Below, piece by piece: positions 1-7,701 of a stretch of 14,489 bases of DNA. The position numbers and the translations under genes are program-made. Under the pieces are notes generated by a model. It was not told where the DNA came from and ran no database searches. It saw nothing but the letters and a program-made list of their open reading frames with translations. Positions within the stretch are counted from its first letter, which is position 1, and each line of letters starts with the position of its first letter. The DNA is from Candidatus Jordarchaeales archaeon (GTDB lineage: Archaea > Asgardarchaeota > Jordiarchaeia > Jordiarchaeales > Freyrarchaeaceae). Location of the stretch: NCBI GenBank assembly GCA_038858525.1, contig JAWCFL010000022.1, positions 16,585-31,073 of the forward strand. Direction: 5' to 3'.

Positions 1-178
1 AGAGCAGTGCCTCTCAATATTCAGAAACTACTGCATAGTTACCGAGTCCGTTATAAGAGGAATACCGGTAAACCTAGAAATAAAAACACATCAAAAGTAA
101 ACATTTCCTCCTCTTTTTATGAGACAATTTAATCTCCTTGCTCCTCCTGCTTAAAGCCCGTTAACACCACTCAATACC

Positions 179-679
179 TTAAGCTTGTGCTTTAAGCTTC
201 TTTTTCAGGGCTTCGATTGCTCCTCCACTCCTTACAAACTCCATAAGGAAGTCTGGTAAGACAGTACACTTGAGCTCCACGCTCCTCGTAATGTTTCTCA
301 GCACACCTTCCTCGAGGTTAACCTCAACCTCGTCGCCGTCATTCACCGCTTCCGAGACACCTCTGCACTCGACCACAGGCAACCCTAAGTTCACCGCGTT
401 CCTAAAGAATATTCTGGCGAAGGACTCAGCGACGACGGCGCCCACGCCCAGATGCTTAAGAACAAACGCCGCCTCCTCTCTGCTAGAACCGCACCCAAAG
501 TTCCTCCCAGCAACAACCAAATCACCCCGCTTCACATTCTTAGCAAACTCAGGTCTAACAACCTCCATCGCGTGAGACGCCATCTCGTCGGGATTTCTAA
601 GAGTTAAGTATCTACCCGGGATCACGACGTCGGTGTCAACGTTATCGCCAAACTTCCAAGCCTTACCACGAACCTTCAT
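179..679 (-). CDS. leuD: 3-isopropylmalate dehydratase / homoaconitase small subunit (LeuD/HacB family)
   Basis: Motifs KFGDNVDTDVVIPGRYL, VAGRNFGCGSSRE and SFARIFFRNAVNLGLP. Start set at ATG 679 (MKVRGKAW), which follows a GGTGG RBS; ATG 703 is an alternative. LeuD versus HacB cannot be resolved from motifs alone. Confidence 0.9.
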   Translation of the reverse strand: MKVRGKAWKFGDNVDTDVVIPGRYLTLRNPDEMASHAMEVVRPEFAKNVKRGDLVVAGRNFGCGSSREEAAFVLKHLGVGAVVAESFARIFFRNAVNLGLPVVECRGVSEAVNDGDEVEVNLEEGVLRNITRSVELKCTVLPDFLMEFVRSGGAIEALKKKLKAQA

Positions 680-722
680 CGCCGCCACCCGCCTAACAGA
701 CATAACAAACCCATAAATCACT

Positions 723-730
723 TATATAAA
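723..730 (-). promoter_or_regulatory. Putative TATA box for leuD
   Basis: TTTATATA on the minus strand, about 20 nt above ATG 703 and 44 nt above ATG 679. Confidence 0.55.
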
Positions 731-825
731 AACTTAAGGCTCCACAGCTTGCAAACGATTTCCATTAAACCACTCGGAATACAGTTTTGTTAACTCGGCA
801 AGAACTTCACCAGTTGTTTTAAGGA

Positions 826-846
826 CAAAAATAGGAGGAAAAAGAG
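826..846 (-). terminator. Putative oligo-T terminator after the epimerase/membrane-protein unit
   Basis: Minus strand reads CTCTTTTTCCTCCTATTTTTG, starting about 35 nt past the stop at 882. Confidence 0.35.
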
Positions 847-881
847 ATATCAGTTAGGTCTCTCGTTTAATTCCTTTTCCT

Positions 882-1346
882 TTAGAAGGCCCCCAGCATT
901 CCTTTTTCCTCCGGTCTGGAGCCGAAGAGGAACCTGCCGAAGAGTATGCCGAGGTAAAGCCAAACAGGGTACAGAGCGAAAAGGATCATGGCTAACCCTA
1001 AGCTTACAGGGTCTGTTATGAACACTCCGAGAAGACTTGCAGGTAAGTCGATAGGGTTGGGTGCTGTTATCTGGAATACTCCGCTGTTAATCATGAAGTC
1101 ACGTCCCATGAAAGAGAAGACCGGCAGGGGTAGCGACCAGACGAACTTCATCATCATCCAGTACGGTGGGAAATATATGTTGTTCACGTAGAGCGGTATG
1201 GCTATGGAGTAGAAGATCGCTATAGTTATTATCGAGAATAGGAGCGTGAGAGTATTCCTCAGGTGGTTAAGCTTTCTCCGCTTCACCAGCCACGAAATAA
1301 CCATACCTATTCCCAGAAGCAGGAAGACGTCAAGTATGAAGCTCAT
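882..1346 (-). CDS. Hypothetical integral membrane protein (154 aa, about 3 TM segments)
   Basis: Strong RBS AAGGAGGTGG overlapping the upstream stop. Hydrophobic segments near the N-terminus, around residues 33-53 and around residues 105-140. Starts 12 nt after the epimerase stop. Confidence 0.85.
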   Translation of the reverse strand: MSFILDVFLLLGIGMVISWLVKRRKLNHLRNTLTLLFSIITIAIFYSIAIPLYVNNIYFPPYWMMMKFVWSLPLPVFSFMGRDFMINSGVFQITAPNPIDLPASLLGVFITDPVSLGLAMILFALYPVWLYLGILFGRFLFGSRPEEKGMLGAF

Positions 1347-1358
1347 GCTCCCACCTCC

Positions 1359-2393
1359 TTAAAGTAGTCCTTTCTCCATGTACCATGAAATGGTCTCAGC
1401 CAGCCCCACTCTTCTGTCAGGATACTTAAACTTGTATCCCGCCTTTTTGAGTTTCTCGTTTGAGAAGTAGAAGTTTCCGAGGAGATAGTTTAGCATGTCT
1501 GGCTCAATTCTCTGCCTTTCCCCTCTCCGCTTAGCCATAAACGCGGAGACTTTGGATAACTGCCTAAGTAGTTTGGCGAAGAGTTTTAAGGGAGCAATGG
1601 GGAGCTCCACTGGCCGGGCTCCGGTCAGGGCGGCTACGAGCTCTAGGCTTTCCTTTGCGTTAAGCGTGTTGTCGTCAACCACGTTGTAAATTTCGCCCAC
1701 AGCTTCCTTCCTGCCTGCTAGGAAGTGTGCCGCCCCGCACACGTCATCCACGTGAACTAAGGGTAGCGAAATTTTGGCGGCGTTCTCGGAAAGGAAGGGC
1801 AAAACCCCCTTAGCAACGAACCAAATCAAGTTATAAACTCCGTACATGTTCCCCGGACCGTATATGGGTGCAGGCCTTATCACGGTGACAGGCAACTCGT
1901 GCTCCCTGAAATACCTCAAAGCCACCTCTTCCTGCTCCCGCTTAGACCTGTCATACGCCCCCGGGCATTCGGGAGTTAAAGGCTGATCCTCGGTCACGGG
2001 AAGCCTATAGTTTCTTTCGTTAACTATCCCATAAACGGCGACGGAACTCCAAACAATAACTCTCGATACACCTCCTTCCTTGACAACGGCGTCAAGCAAG
2101 TTCTTCGTTCCCTCAACGTTAACCAGTCTAAGCTTTTCGAGAGGAGCCAAATAGTCAAATAAGGCTGCGATGTGGAACACGACGTCCACGTCCTTGACCA
2201 ACCTTTCCAGTCCATCCCTCCTTACTAAGTCCGCCCTCACAAACTCTGAAGCGCCAGAAGCCCTAATCTCGTCCGCAACGTCACCCCTCACGTCAGTAGC
2301 CCTAACCAAGTATCCTTTCTCAGACAAGAACCTAACCATGCGTCTTCCATTGAAACCGCCAGCCCCCGTAACCAAAACAGTCTCCCCACTCAT
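1359..2393 (-). CDS. NAD-dependent epimerase/dehydratase (extended SDR, 3-beta-HSD-like)
   Basis: Rossmann motif TGAGGFNG, HIAA, NVEGT, catalytic Ser region WSS, catalytic YxxxK (YDRSK), RPAPIYGP, VHVDDV and GEIYNV. RBS GAGGTGG. Confidence 0.93.
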   Translation of the reverse strand: MSGETVLVTGAGGFNGRRMVRFLSEKGYLVRATDVRGDVADEIRASGASEFVRADLVRRDGLERLVKDVDVVFHIAALFDYLAPLEKLRLVNVEGTKNLLDAVVKEGGVSRVIVWSSVAVYGIVNERNYRLPVTEDQPLTPECPGAYDRSKREQEEVALRYFREHELPVTVIRPAPIYGPGNMYGVYNLIWFVAKGVLPFLSENAAKISLPLVHVDDVCGAAHFLAGRKEAVGEIYNVVDDNTLNAKESLELVAALTGARPVELPIAPLKLFAKLLRQLSKVSAFMAKRRGERQRIEPDMLNYLLGNFYFSNEKLKKAGYKFKYPDRRVGLAETISWYMEKGLL

Positions 2394-2434
2394 CCAACCA
2401 CCTCTTCAAACAGGAAAACAAACAACACCCTTCT

Positions 2435-2442
2435 TTTTATAA
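2435..2442 (-). promoter_or_regulatory. Putative TATA box for the epimerase operon
   Basis: TTATAAAA on the minus strand, 42 nt above ATG 2393. Confidence 0.45.
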
Positions 2443-2579
2443 GTAATTAATTTTTACGCTGTCTAGGGCAGTTAAGTTGCAGTGTTTCACTGGCGCTCGA
2501 CGCTAAATTCCATGAGTTTTAGGAAAGTTTTTTAGCACAGCGTGGTCATTTTAGGTTTAAATCTCTGGTGGTGGTTTGA

Positions 2580-3308
2580 ATGAGTAGGCGCCGTTACCGT
2601 CGCCAAGGTGGCGGCTCAGCGGCTATAGCATGCGCGTCCATACTGTTCTTCATCATATCCGCATTTGTGTTTCAATCAATGATCGCCAATTTAAGTGATT
2701 ACTCACTGCTCGCATATCAAAGGGTTTATACTGTATACTGCTCACTTTCTAACGCGACACGCGACCCCACAGAGAGCTTATCTGATTTTTCCGCCTTCTT
2801 CAATGGGGTTAGAGCGCTGGCGAGCTACGTTAACGGAGCTCAGCTCTCCGCACCATACTTAATACTGGACTTCTTTGGAAGCACGCTTTTCCCTAGGCTC
2901 ATGGCGTGCCTTCTCCTCCTCTCAGCAGCCATAGTGCTCATGACATTAGCTTTAAGAAACCCATACATGGCGCTGGCAGCAGTAACAGTCGCTCTCGTAG
3001 CAATATACTTCGCCTACTCGATCTGGAATATCGCATCAATACTTTCGCTGGAAACCCGAATAGTGCAACTCATATGTTTTAACGTTGACTCCCAACTCAC
3101 AAAGCTCTACGGGCCTGACTGGAGCTTCTTCCTCAGAAATATTCACGGGATATCTTTGTCCCCAAGGGATCTCTTTAATCCCAGCGTGTTCAGCATGTTT
3201 TATTTAAGCTTCGCTGAGTCGTACCGTGCATGGATACTGGAGATTGGCGCAGCGTGCATGGCAGCATCAGCCCTAATAGCTCTAGCAGCGGCAAAAGCAG
3301 CAAGGTAA
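2580..3308 (+). CDS. Hypothetical multi-pass membrane protein (242 aa)
   Basis: RBS GGTGGTGG. Arg-rich N-terminus followed by about 4 hydrophobic helices. No family recognised. Confidence 0.8.
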   Translation: MSRRRYRRQGGGSAAIACASILFFIISAFVFQSMIANLSDYSLLAYQRVYTVYCSLSNATRDPTESLSDFSAFFNGVRALASYVNGAQLSAPYLILDFFGSTLFPRLMACLLLLSAAIVLMTLALRNPYMALAAVTVALVAIYFAYSIWNIASILSLETRIVQLICFNVDSQLTKLYGPDWSFFLRNIHGISLSPRDLFNPSVFSMFYLSFAESYRAWILEIGAACMAASALIALAAAKAAR

Positions 3309-4139
3309 CCCGCTACCTTTCATTTATTAAGTGATTTGCACTTTCACACTTTCCCGATTCTTCAGAATCCCTTTATGTTGCTTTCATCTTCATAGTGAAG
3401 ATAGATGTTTGATTTCTGGCTTTCAAGTCGATAATGTCGAAGAACAATTTAAAAGAGCACCGGAACAGTTGTCGGAGAATTGCAAGTAGCCTAAACGCTT
3501 GCACTTATACGAGAACGTTCGGGGAAGACATCCTAAGCTTTTTTCATCAGACAATAGAGGCTCTTCTCGAAAGCTTATAAATGACTCCTATGAACCCCCA
3601 AGAACACATTAAGCCTGTTGGTGTTCCACAACACTCCGGGACGACAAGTGCTCCGATAATTGTTTGCTTCACAAGCAACAACTTAGAAGTCTCTCGAGGC
3701 GAGAAACCTCCTCACAGCAATCAAAAAGAGGGGCTTGTGGAGAACGCGACGTAAAGTGTCTTCTTCGCCGGAATAGACATTCATGAGAAAAGAGGATCAG
3801 CATCCGTGACCCCCGCTGGCCAAGCAACTGACCAACAAGCAGCGGGTCCTAATTAGTTTCCTAAGCTGACCAGAACATTTAGAACACTAATAGTGAAGAT
3901 TATATACGAGAAAATGTTTGAACCCGAGGGTGGTTGGCTTAAAAAGAGGAAAAGAGTATACTTGCTCAGCAAGCCCCTCATCGGGAAGAGGCGGGAGCAG
4001 ACAGGGAGCCTCATTGGTTCGGATGAGAACAACCTGAAGTTCCGGCTGACTTAGCTGAAAGCGTAAGAAGTGCCTTCTTTTTCACGTTAGCGTAGGGTTG
4101 GAGAGGGAAAAAGAAAAGTATACCTAAAATAAGGGAAGC

Positions 4140-4154
4140 GAAAAAGGTTATAGA
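4140..4154 (+). promoter_or_regulatory. Putative BRE + TATA for the SIS-HAD operon
   Basis: GAAAAAGG followed by TTATAGA, about 75 nt above TTG 4230. Confidence 0.35.
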
Positions 4155-4229
4155 GCTTAAAGACGTAGTATAATGGGGCCTTGAGGTCCTCCATAGATAC
4201 TTCTACTTCACCGTGATGGAGCTGTCAGC

Positions 4230-5276
4230 TTGCCCGGTCGCCAAGCATACCTGATACTGAAGGAGATACTGGAGGAAGAGGAGGCTGTTAAATTAACGTT
4301 GGAGGTTGCCTCCAGGTGCCTGGAGGAGGTGGCGCCTTGTCTGCATTCTGCCAACTTCACGTATTTTACTGGGAGCGGAACAAGTTACCATGCGTCCATT
4401 GTTGGTCAGTATGCCTTGAGCCGGCTTGCTTCCTCTTTCTCATCCTCTGTGCCTGCATCCGAGTTCAGCCAGTGGGCATCCGTTAAGGGCCCTGAAACTC
4501 TTGTCGTAGCTATCTCCCGGTCAGGTGAAACATCGGATACGCTGGAGGCAGCGGAATACGCGAGGAGTCATGGTGCTAAGGTGTTGGCGCTCACAAACAC
4601 TCCTGGAAGCAGTCTTGCAAGTGTCTCGCACTTTATCCTTTTAACGGGGGCTGGAGAGGAGAGGTCTGGCGTGGCAACGAAAACATACGTCTCCCAGCTT
4701 GTGGCATTGTGCCTTTTTTCGGCTTTCATAGGCGAAATTAAAGGACGTGGCGAGGCTGTGAGACTTAAATCCATCCTCAACGAGCTACCTGGGAAGGTGG
4801 GGGAAACGGTTAGGTTGTCGGGGGAGCAGGCTAGGCGGCTTGCCGAGGAACACTCTGAAGCCGAGTTCTTCTTCGTTCTCGGTTCAGGGCCAAACTACGC
4901 CACGGCGCTTGAAGCAGCCCTCAAGCTTAAAGAAGTTGCAGGGGTATTCGCGGAGGGCTTCTCCACCAGGGAATTCCTCCATGGGCCAATGCATCTGGTC
5001 GACGAGAAAACCACAGTAATAATACTTCTTCCTCCTCAAGAGCAAGCTGACACATGTGTAGACTTGGCTAGCCGTCTCGAAAAGCTCGGCTCTCGCGTGA
5101 TCACGGTAGCTGACAGGGAGGTTGGCTCCGAAAACCAGCTACTTGCCCCTATTAACAACCCAATTCTCTCTCCCATCTTCTTCATAATACCCTTACAGCT
5201 CCTCTCGTGTTACCTCTCATTGGCGAGAGAGGGAAAGGGAGAGTTGCGGAGCGAGGTGGAGACGAGTGGTTATTAA
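4230..5276 (+). CDS. Double-SIS-domain sugar-phosphate protein, GlmS isomerase-domain-like, with no glutaminase domain and no GlmS C-tail
   Basis: Motifs GSGTSYHA, ISRSGETSDT, ALTNTPGSSLA, ATKTY, GSGPNYATALEAALKLKE and EFLHGP. TTG start preceded by GGAG. Confidence 0.9.
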   Translation: MPGRQAYLILKEILEEEEAVKLTLEVASRCLEEVAPCLHSANFTYFTGSGTSYHASIVGQYALSRLASSFSSSVPASEFSQWASVKGPETLVVAISRSGETSDTLEAAEYARSHGAKVLALTNTPGSSLASVSHFILLTGAGEERSGVATKTYVSQLVALCLFSAFIGEIKGRGEAVRLKSILNELPGKVGETVRLSGEQARRLAEEHSEAEFFFVLGSGPNYATALEAALKLKEVAGVFAEGFSTREFLHGPMHLVDEKTTVIILLPPQEQADTCVDLASRLEKLGSRVITVADREVGSENQLLAPINNPILSPIFFIIPLQLLSCYLSLAREGKGELRSEVETSGY

Positions 5277-5958
5277 GTGTATTTTGTTCGGCATAGATGA
5301 CACCCTCTACGACGCATCCCTCCAGAAATATCTTGCAAGAATGAACGCTGTAAGGGCGATGATAGAAGCTGGACTGCCAGTAGACCCCGAAACCGCGTTT
5401 AACACGTTGAAAGCGATCGTGGCGGAGTACGGGGAAGATTACGACAGGCATTTCGACAGGATGCTTGAACGCCTCGGACTAAGGGTTAGCCCGAGGATCA
5501 TAGCTGCGGCAGTTGCAGCGTATCACGACACAAAGTTCGCATACCTGCGGCCGCATCCGGAAACAGTTCCAACACTGCTAAAACTTAGAGATCATGGCTA
5601 CAAGATAGGCGTTGCCTCAGCAGGAAACCCCGTCAAGCAATGGGAAAAGCTCATACGCCTAGGGTTACAACACTTGTTCCACCACGTGGTCATAGCTAAG
5701 GAAGTCGGGTACGAAACGCTCGAATGGCATGTATTCGAGAAAGCCCTTAAAGCGCTAAATTCGACACCAAAGGAATCCTTATTCGTAGGATGCTCACTTT
5801 CAGAGGAGCTGGTGCACGCGAAGGCGGCAGGACTATTAACTGTCAGAGTGAAACGTGGATCACACCGGTCAGAAACACCAAAAACTCCAGGGGAAACTCC
5901 AGACTACGAGATCTCAAACTTAACAGAAATATTCAAGATAATAGAAGAAATGAAATAG
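5266..5958 (+). CDS. HAD-superfamily hydrolase homolog (TIGR02253 / MJ1437-like), predicted catalytically inactive
   Basis: Family-typical segments DDTLY, ARMNAVRAMIEAGLP, AYHDTKFAYLRP and KQWEKLIRLGL are present. Motif I reads FGIDDT and motif IV reads VGCSLSEE. GTG start with RBS GAGGTGG (5253-5259) and an 11-nt overlap with the SIS gene. Confidence 0.9.
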   Translation: MVIKCILFGIDDTLYDASLQKYLARMNAVRAMIEAGLPVDPETAFNTLKAIVAEYGEDYDRHFDRMLERLGLRVSPRIIAAAVAAYHDTKFAYLRPHPETVPTLLKLRDHGYKIGVASAGNPVKQWEKLIRLGLQHLFHHVVIAKEVGYETLEWHVFEKALKALNSTPKESLFVGCSLSEELVHAKAAGLLTVRVKRGSHRSETPKTPGETPDYEISNLTEIFKIIEEMK

Positions 5959-6137
5959 AAAAGTGAAGTGGAGAAAGAGGGTGGCAGATTAAGTAGGCTG
6001 CTTCTTTTCTAACTTTGACGGCGTTTTCCAGTTCACTGCTCTGTCATCTATTCAATGTTGGGCTGCTCTCTCTTTCTGTCGGCAAAATTTTATATTCTCT
6101 CCCCGCGCCATCCACATTAACTTTCCTCGGGGTAGGT

Positions 6138-7106
6138 ATGTTCATGCGTACGAGTGGTGTTCTTCTGGTGACGATGTGTGCCGCGCTCTATGCCCTCACA
6201 ACAGCCATGTCGAAGCTGTTCTTTAGCGTTTACGAGTTCAGCATCTTAACTTACTCTTTCATAGCGGCCGCGCCCGGGGTGACTATTCTACCCTTTAAAG
6301 TAGCTGATGGAAGCATAAAGCGAATCAAGCCTTTCATTAAGTGGGCGCTGGCTCCCGCGTTCCTTTTCGGCTCAGCTCGCATCCTCTTCTACTACGCCGT
6401 CAATTACGGCTCCCCATCTCTTCCCGCCGTCGTGAACTCGTTCTCTCCTATAATGGTGGCTGTTCTCAGCTTTTTCGTGTTCGCCGAAAGACTGAATAGG
6501 CACCAGATAGCAGGCATGGTCGTCGCTATACTTGGAATGCTTATCTTCCATGCCTCAAACTTCCAGACGAACACGGGAAACCTGCTGGCTGAAGCCGCCG
6601 CCGTCCTTTCCATGCTTGGCTTTTCAGTCAATAACGTGGCCACAAAGAAGGCGCTGGAAAACGTTGACGAAGCAACACTCACAACTCTGATATTCACTAT
6701 CAGTAGCGCAGTCCTGGCTCCCGTGGCGATATCCGAGCTTGCAGCAAAAATTTCCTTCCCCTTCATGGGGAGAGCCCCCCTCACCCCGATAATCCTAGCC
6801 GGAATATTCCTCTTCGCCTTCCTAACCGTTATTCTCCCAACGTATCTCCTCATAGATGGCCTTAACTACGTCTCCCCAACGACAGCCGGCCTCCTCCTTC
6901 TAAGTCAGCCAATCTTCACAATGATCTTTGCATCAGCCCTAAGAGTAGAGTACGTGGCTCCACTACAAGTCATAGGAGCCATCATAACGATACTCGGAAT
7001 AGCCATCTTCCGAATAAAAGCTCCGGAAAAGGAGGAACCCTCCCTAAAGGAGCTACGAAAGGAAAAGGAAAAACCTTCACCAAAGAACTCCAGCAAACAA
7101 CAATAA
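6138..7106 (+). CDS. EamA/DMT family transporter (about 10 TM segments)
   Basis: Duplicated EamA halves with signatures SPIMVAVLSFFVFAERL...QIAG and VSPTTAGLLLLSQPIFTMIFA...QVIGAIITILG. Start moved from TTG 6015 to ATG 6138 (after GGGGTAGGT); ATG 6144 is also possible. Confidence 0.9.
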   Translation: MFMRTSGVLLVTMCAALYALTTAMSKLFFSVYEFSILTYSFIAAAPGVTILPFKVADGSIKRIKPFIKWALAPAFLFGSARILFYYAVNYGSPSLPAVVNSFSPIMVAVLSFFVFAERLNRHQIAGMVVAILGMLIFHASNFQTNTGNLLAEAAAVLSMLGFSVNNVATKKALENVDEATLTTLIFTISSAVLAPVAISELAAKISFPFMGRAPLTPIILAGIFLFAFLTVILPTYLLIDGLNYVSPTTAGLLLLSQPIFTMIFASALRVEYVAPLQVIGAIITILGIAIFRIKAPEKEEPSLKELRKEKEKPSPKNSSKQQ

Positions 7107-7196
7107 CAGAAGTTCTTCACCCAAACGAGGATAAGCATCCTCAAGCTCCACGTTCGCCAAGCAGCTCTCTCCTAATTCCTTAACTCTTCGAAACCA

Positions 7197-7209
7197 TTAT
7201 TTTTTCTTT
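7197..7209 (+). terminator. Putative oligo-T terminator after the DMT gene
   Basis: TTATTTTTTCTTT, about 90 nt past the stop. Confidence 0.35.
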
Positions 7210-7701
7210 GCTCTCAGAACCAAGCTTGAGACCCAAAAAAGTGCCGCGTCAAGAACTTTTAGGTTCCTCATGGACATCTTAAAACCTCTTCATGCCTCTT
7301 GTCCTTGGAATTAAAGAGCGAAAAAATTTCGCGTCAGTTAACAGGCACCTCACCTCTTTTCTATTTTAACTATTTCTCTTCAATCTTTGACCCCTTTACT
7401 TGTTCTCTCCCATACCGGTAACTTTTGCAAGAACGATGAAAACTTTTTCAAGCATTGTCCGTCTTGGACAAAACTAAGAAGGCTTCCCAAACTGGCTTCC
7501 TTTCTGATACAAAATGTGTATAGCTATGAAGTCCCCCCAAACCTTACGTTTTTCACTCATTAATCTAGTTTTTAACCAGAAAGTAAATGTCTCTGAAAAA
7601 TATGATCGCTCTTCTCTCCGAAACCACAGAAAAGTAAAATTTAGGAAGAAAGGGGCGTTCTTCTCTTCATTGTTCTCCTGAGTATAGCTGGGGGTTAAAG
7701 G

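Noticed and set aside
51-104. Minus-strand 17-aa ORF MFTFDVFLFLGLPVFLL after GAGGAGG, with 7 of 11 residues matching the N-terminus of the 882-1346 membrane protein (FILDVFLLLGI)
   Set aside because: It lies in the T-rich terminator zone of leuD, which yields Phe/Leu by composition. The RBS spacing is too short, and no frame continues the similarity.
3392-3900. 11-nt direct repeat ATAGTGAAGAT at 3392-3402 and 3890-3900 as possible element ends
   Set aside because: A single 11-mer match in about 900 nt of AT-rich sequence is not clearly above chance, and there is no transposase or terminal inverted repeat.
3920-4030. tRNA T-arm-like strings (GGGTTCAAAC on the minus strand, GGTTCGGATG on the plus strand)
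   Set aside because: The stems do not close and no cloverleaf can be built.
4170-4229. Possible glmS ribozyme or riboswitch upstream of the GlmS-like gene (small GGGGCC/GGTCCT hairpin)
   Set aside because: I see none of the conserved glmS ribozyme core sequences, the element is a bacterial feature, and a 6-bp hairpin with G-U pairs is expected by chance.
7040-7106. Charged low-complexity C-terminal tail of the DMT protein as a possible frameshift product
   Set aside because: All ten predicted TM segments are complete before the tail, and hydrophilic tails are common in this family.
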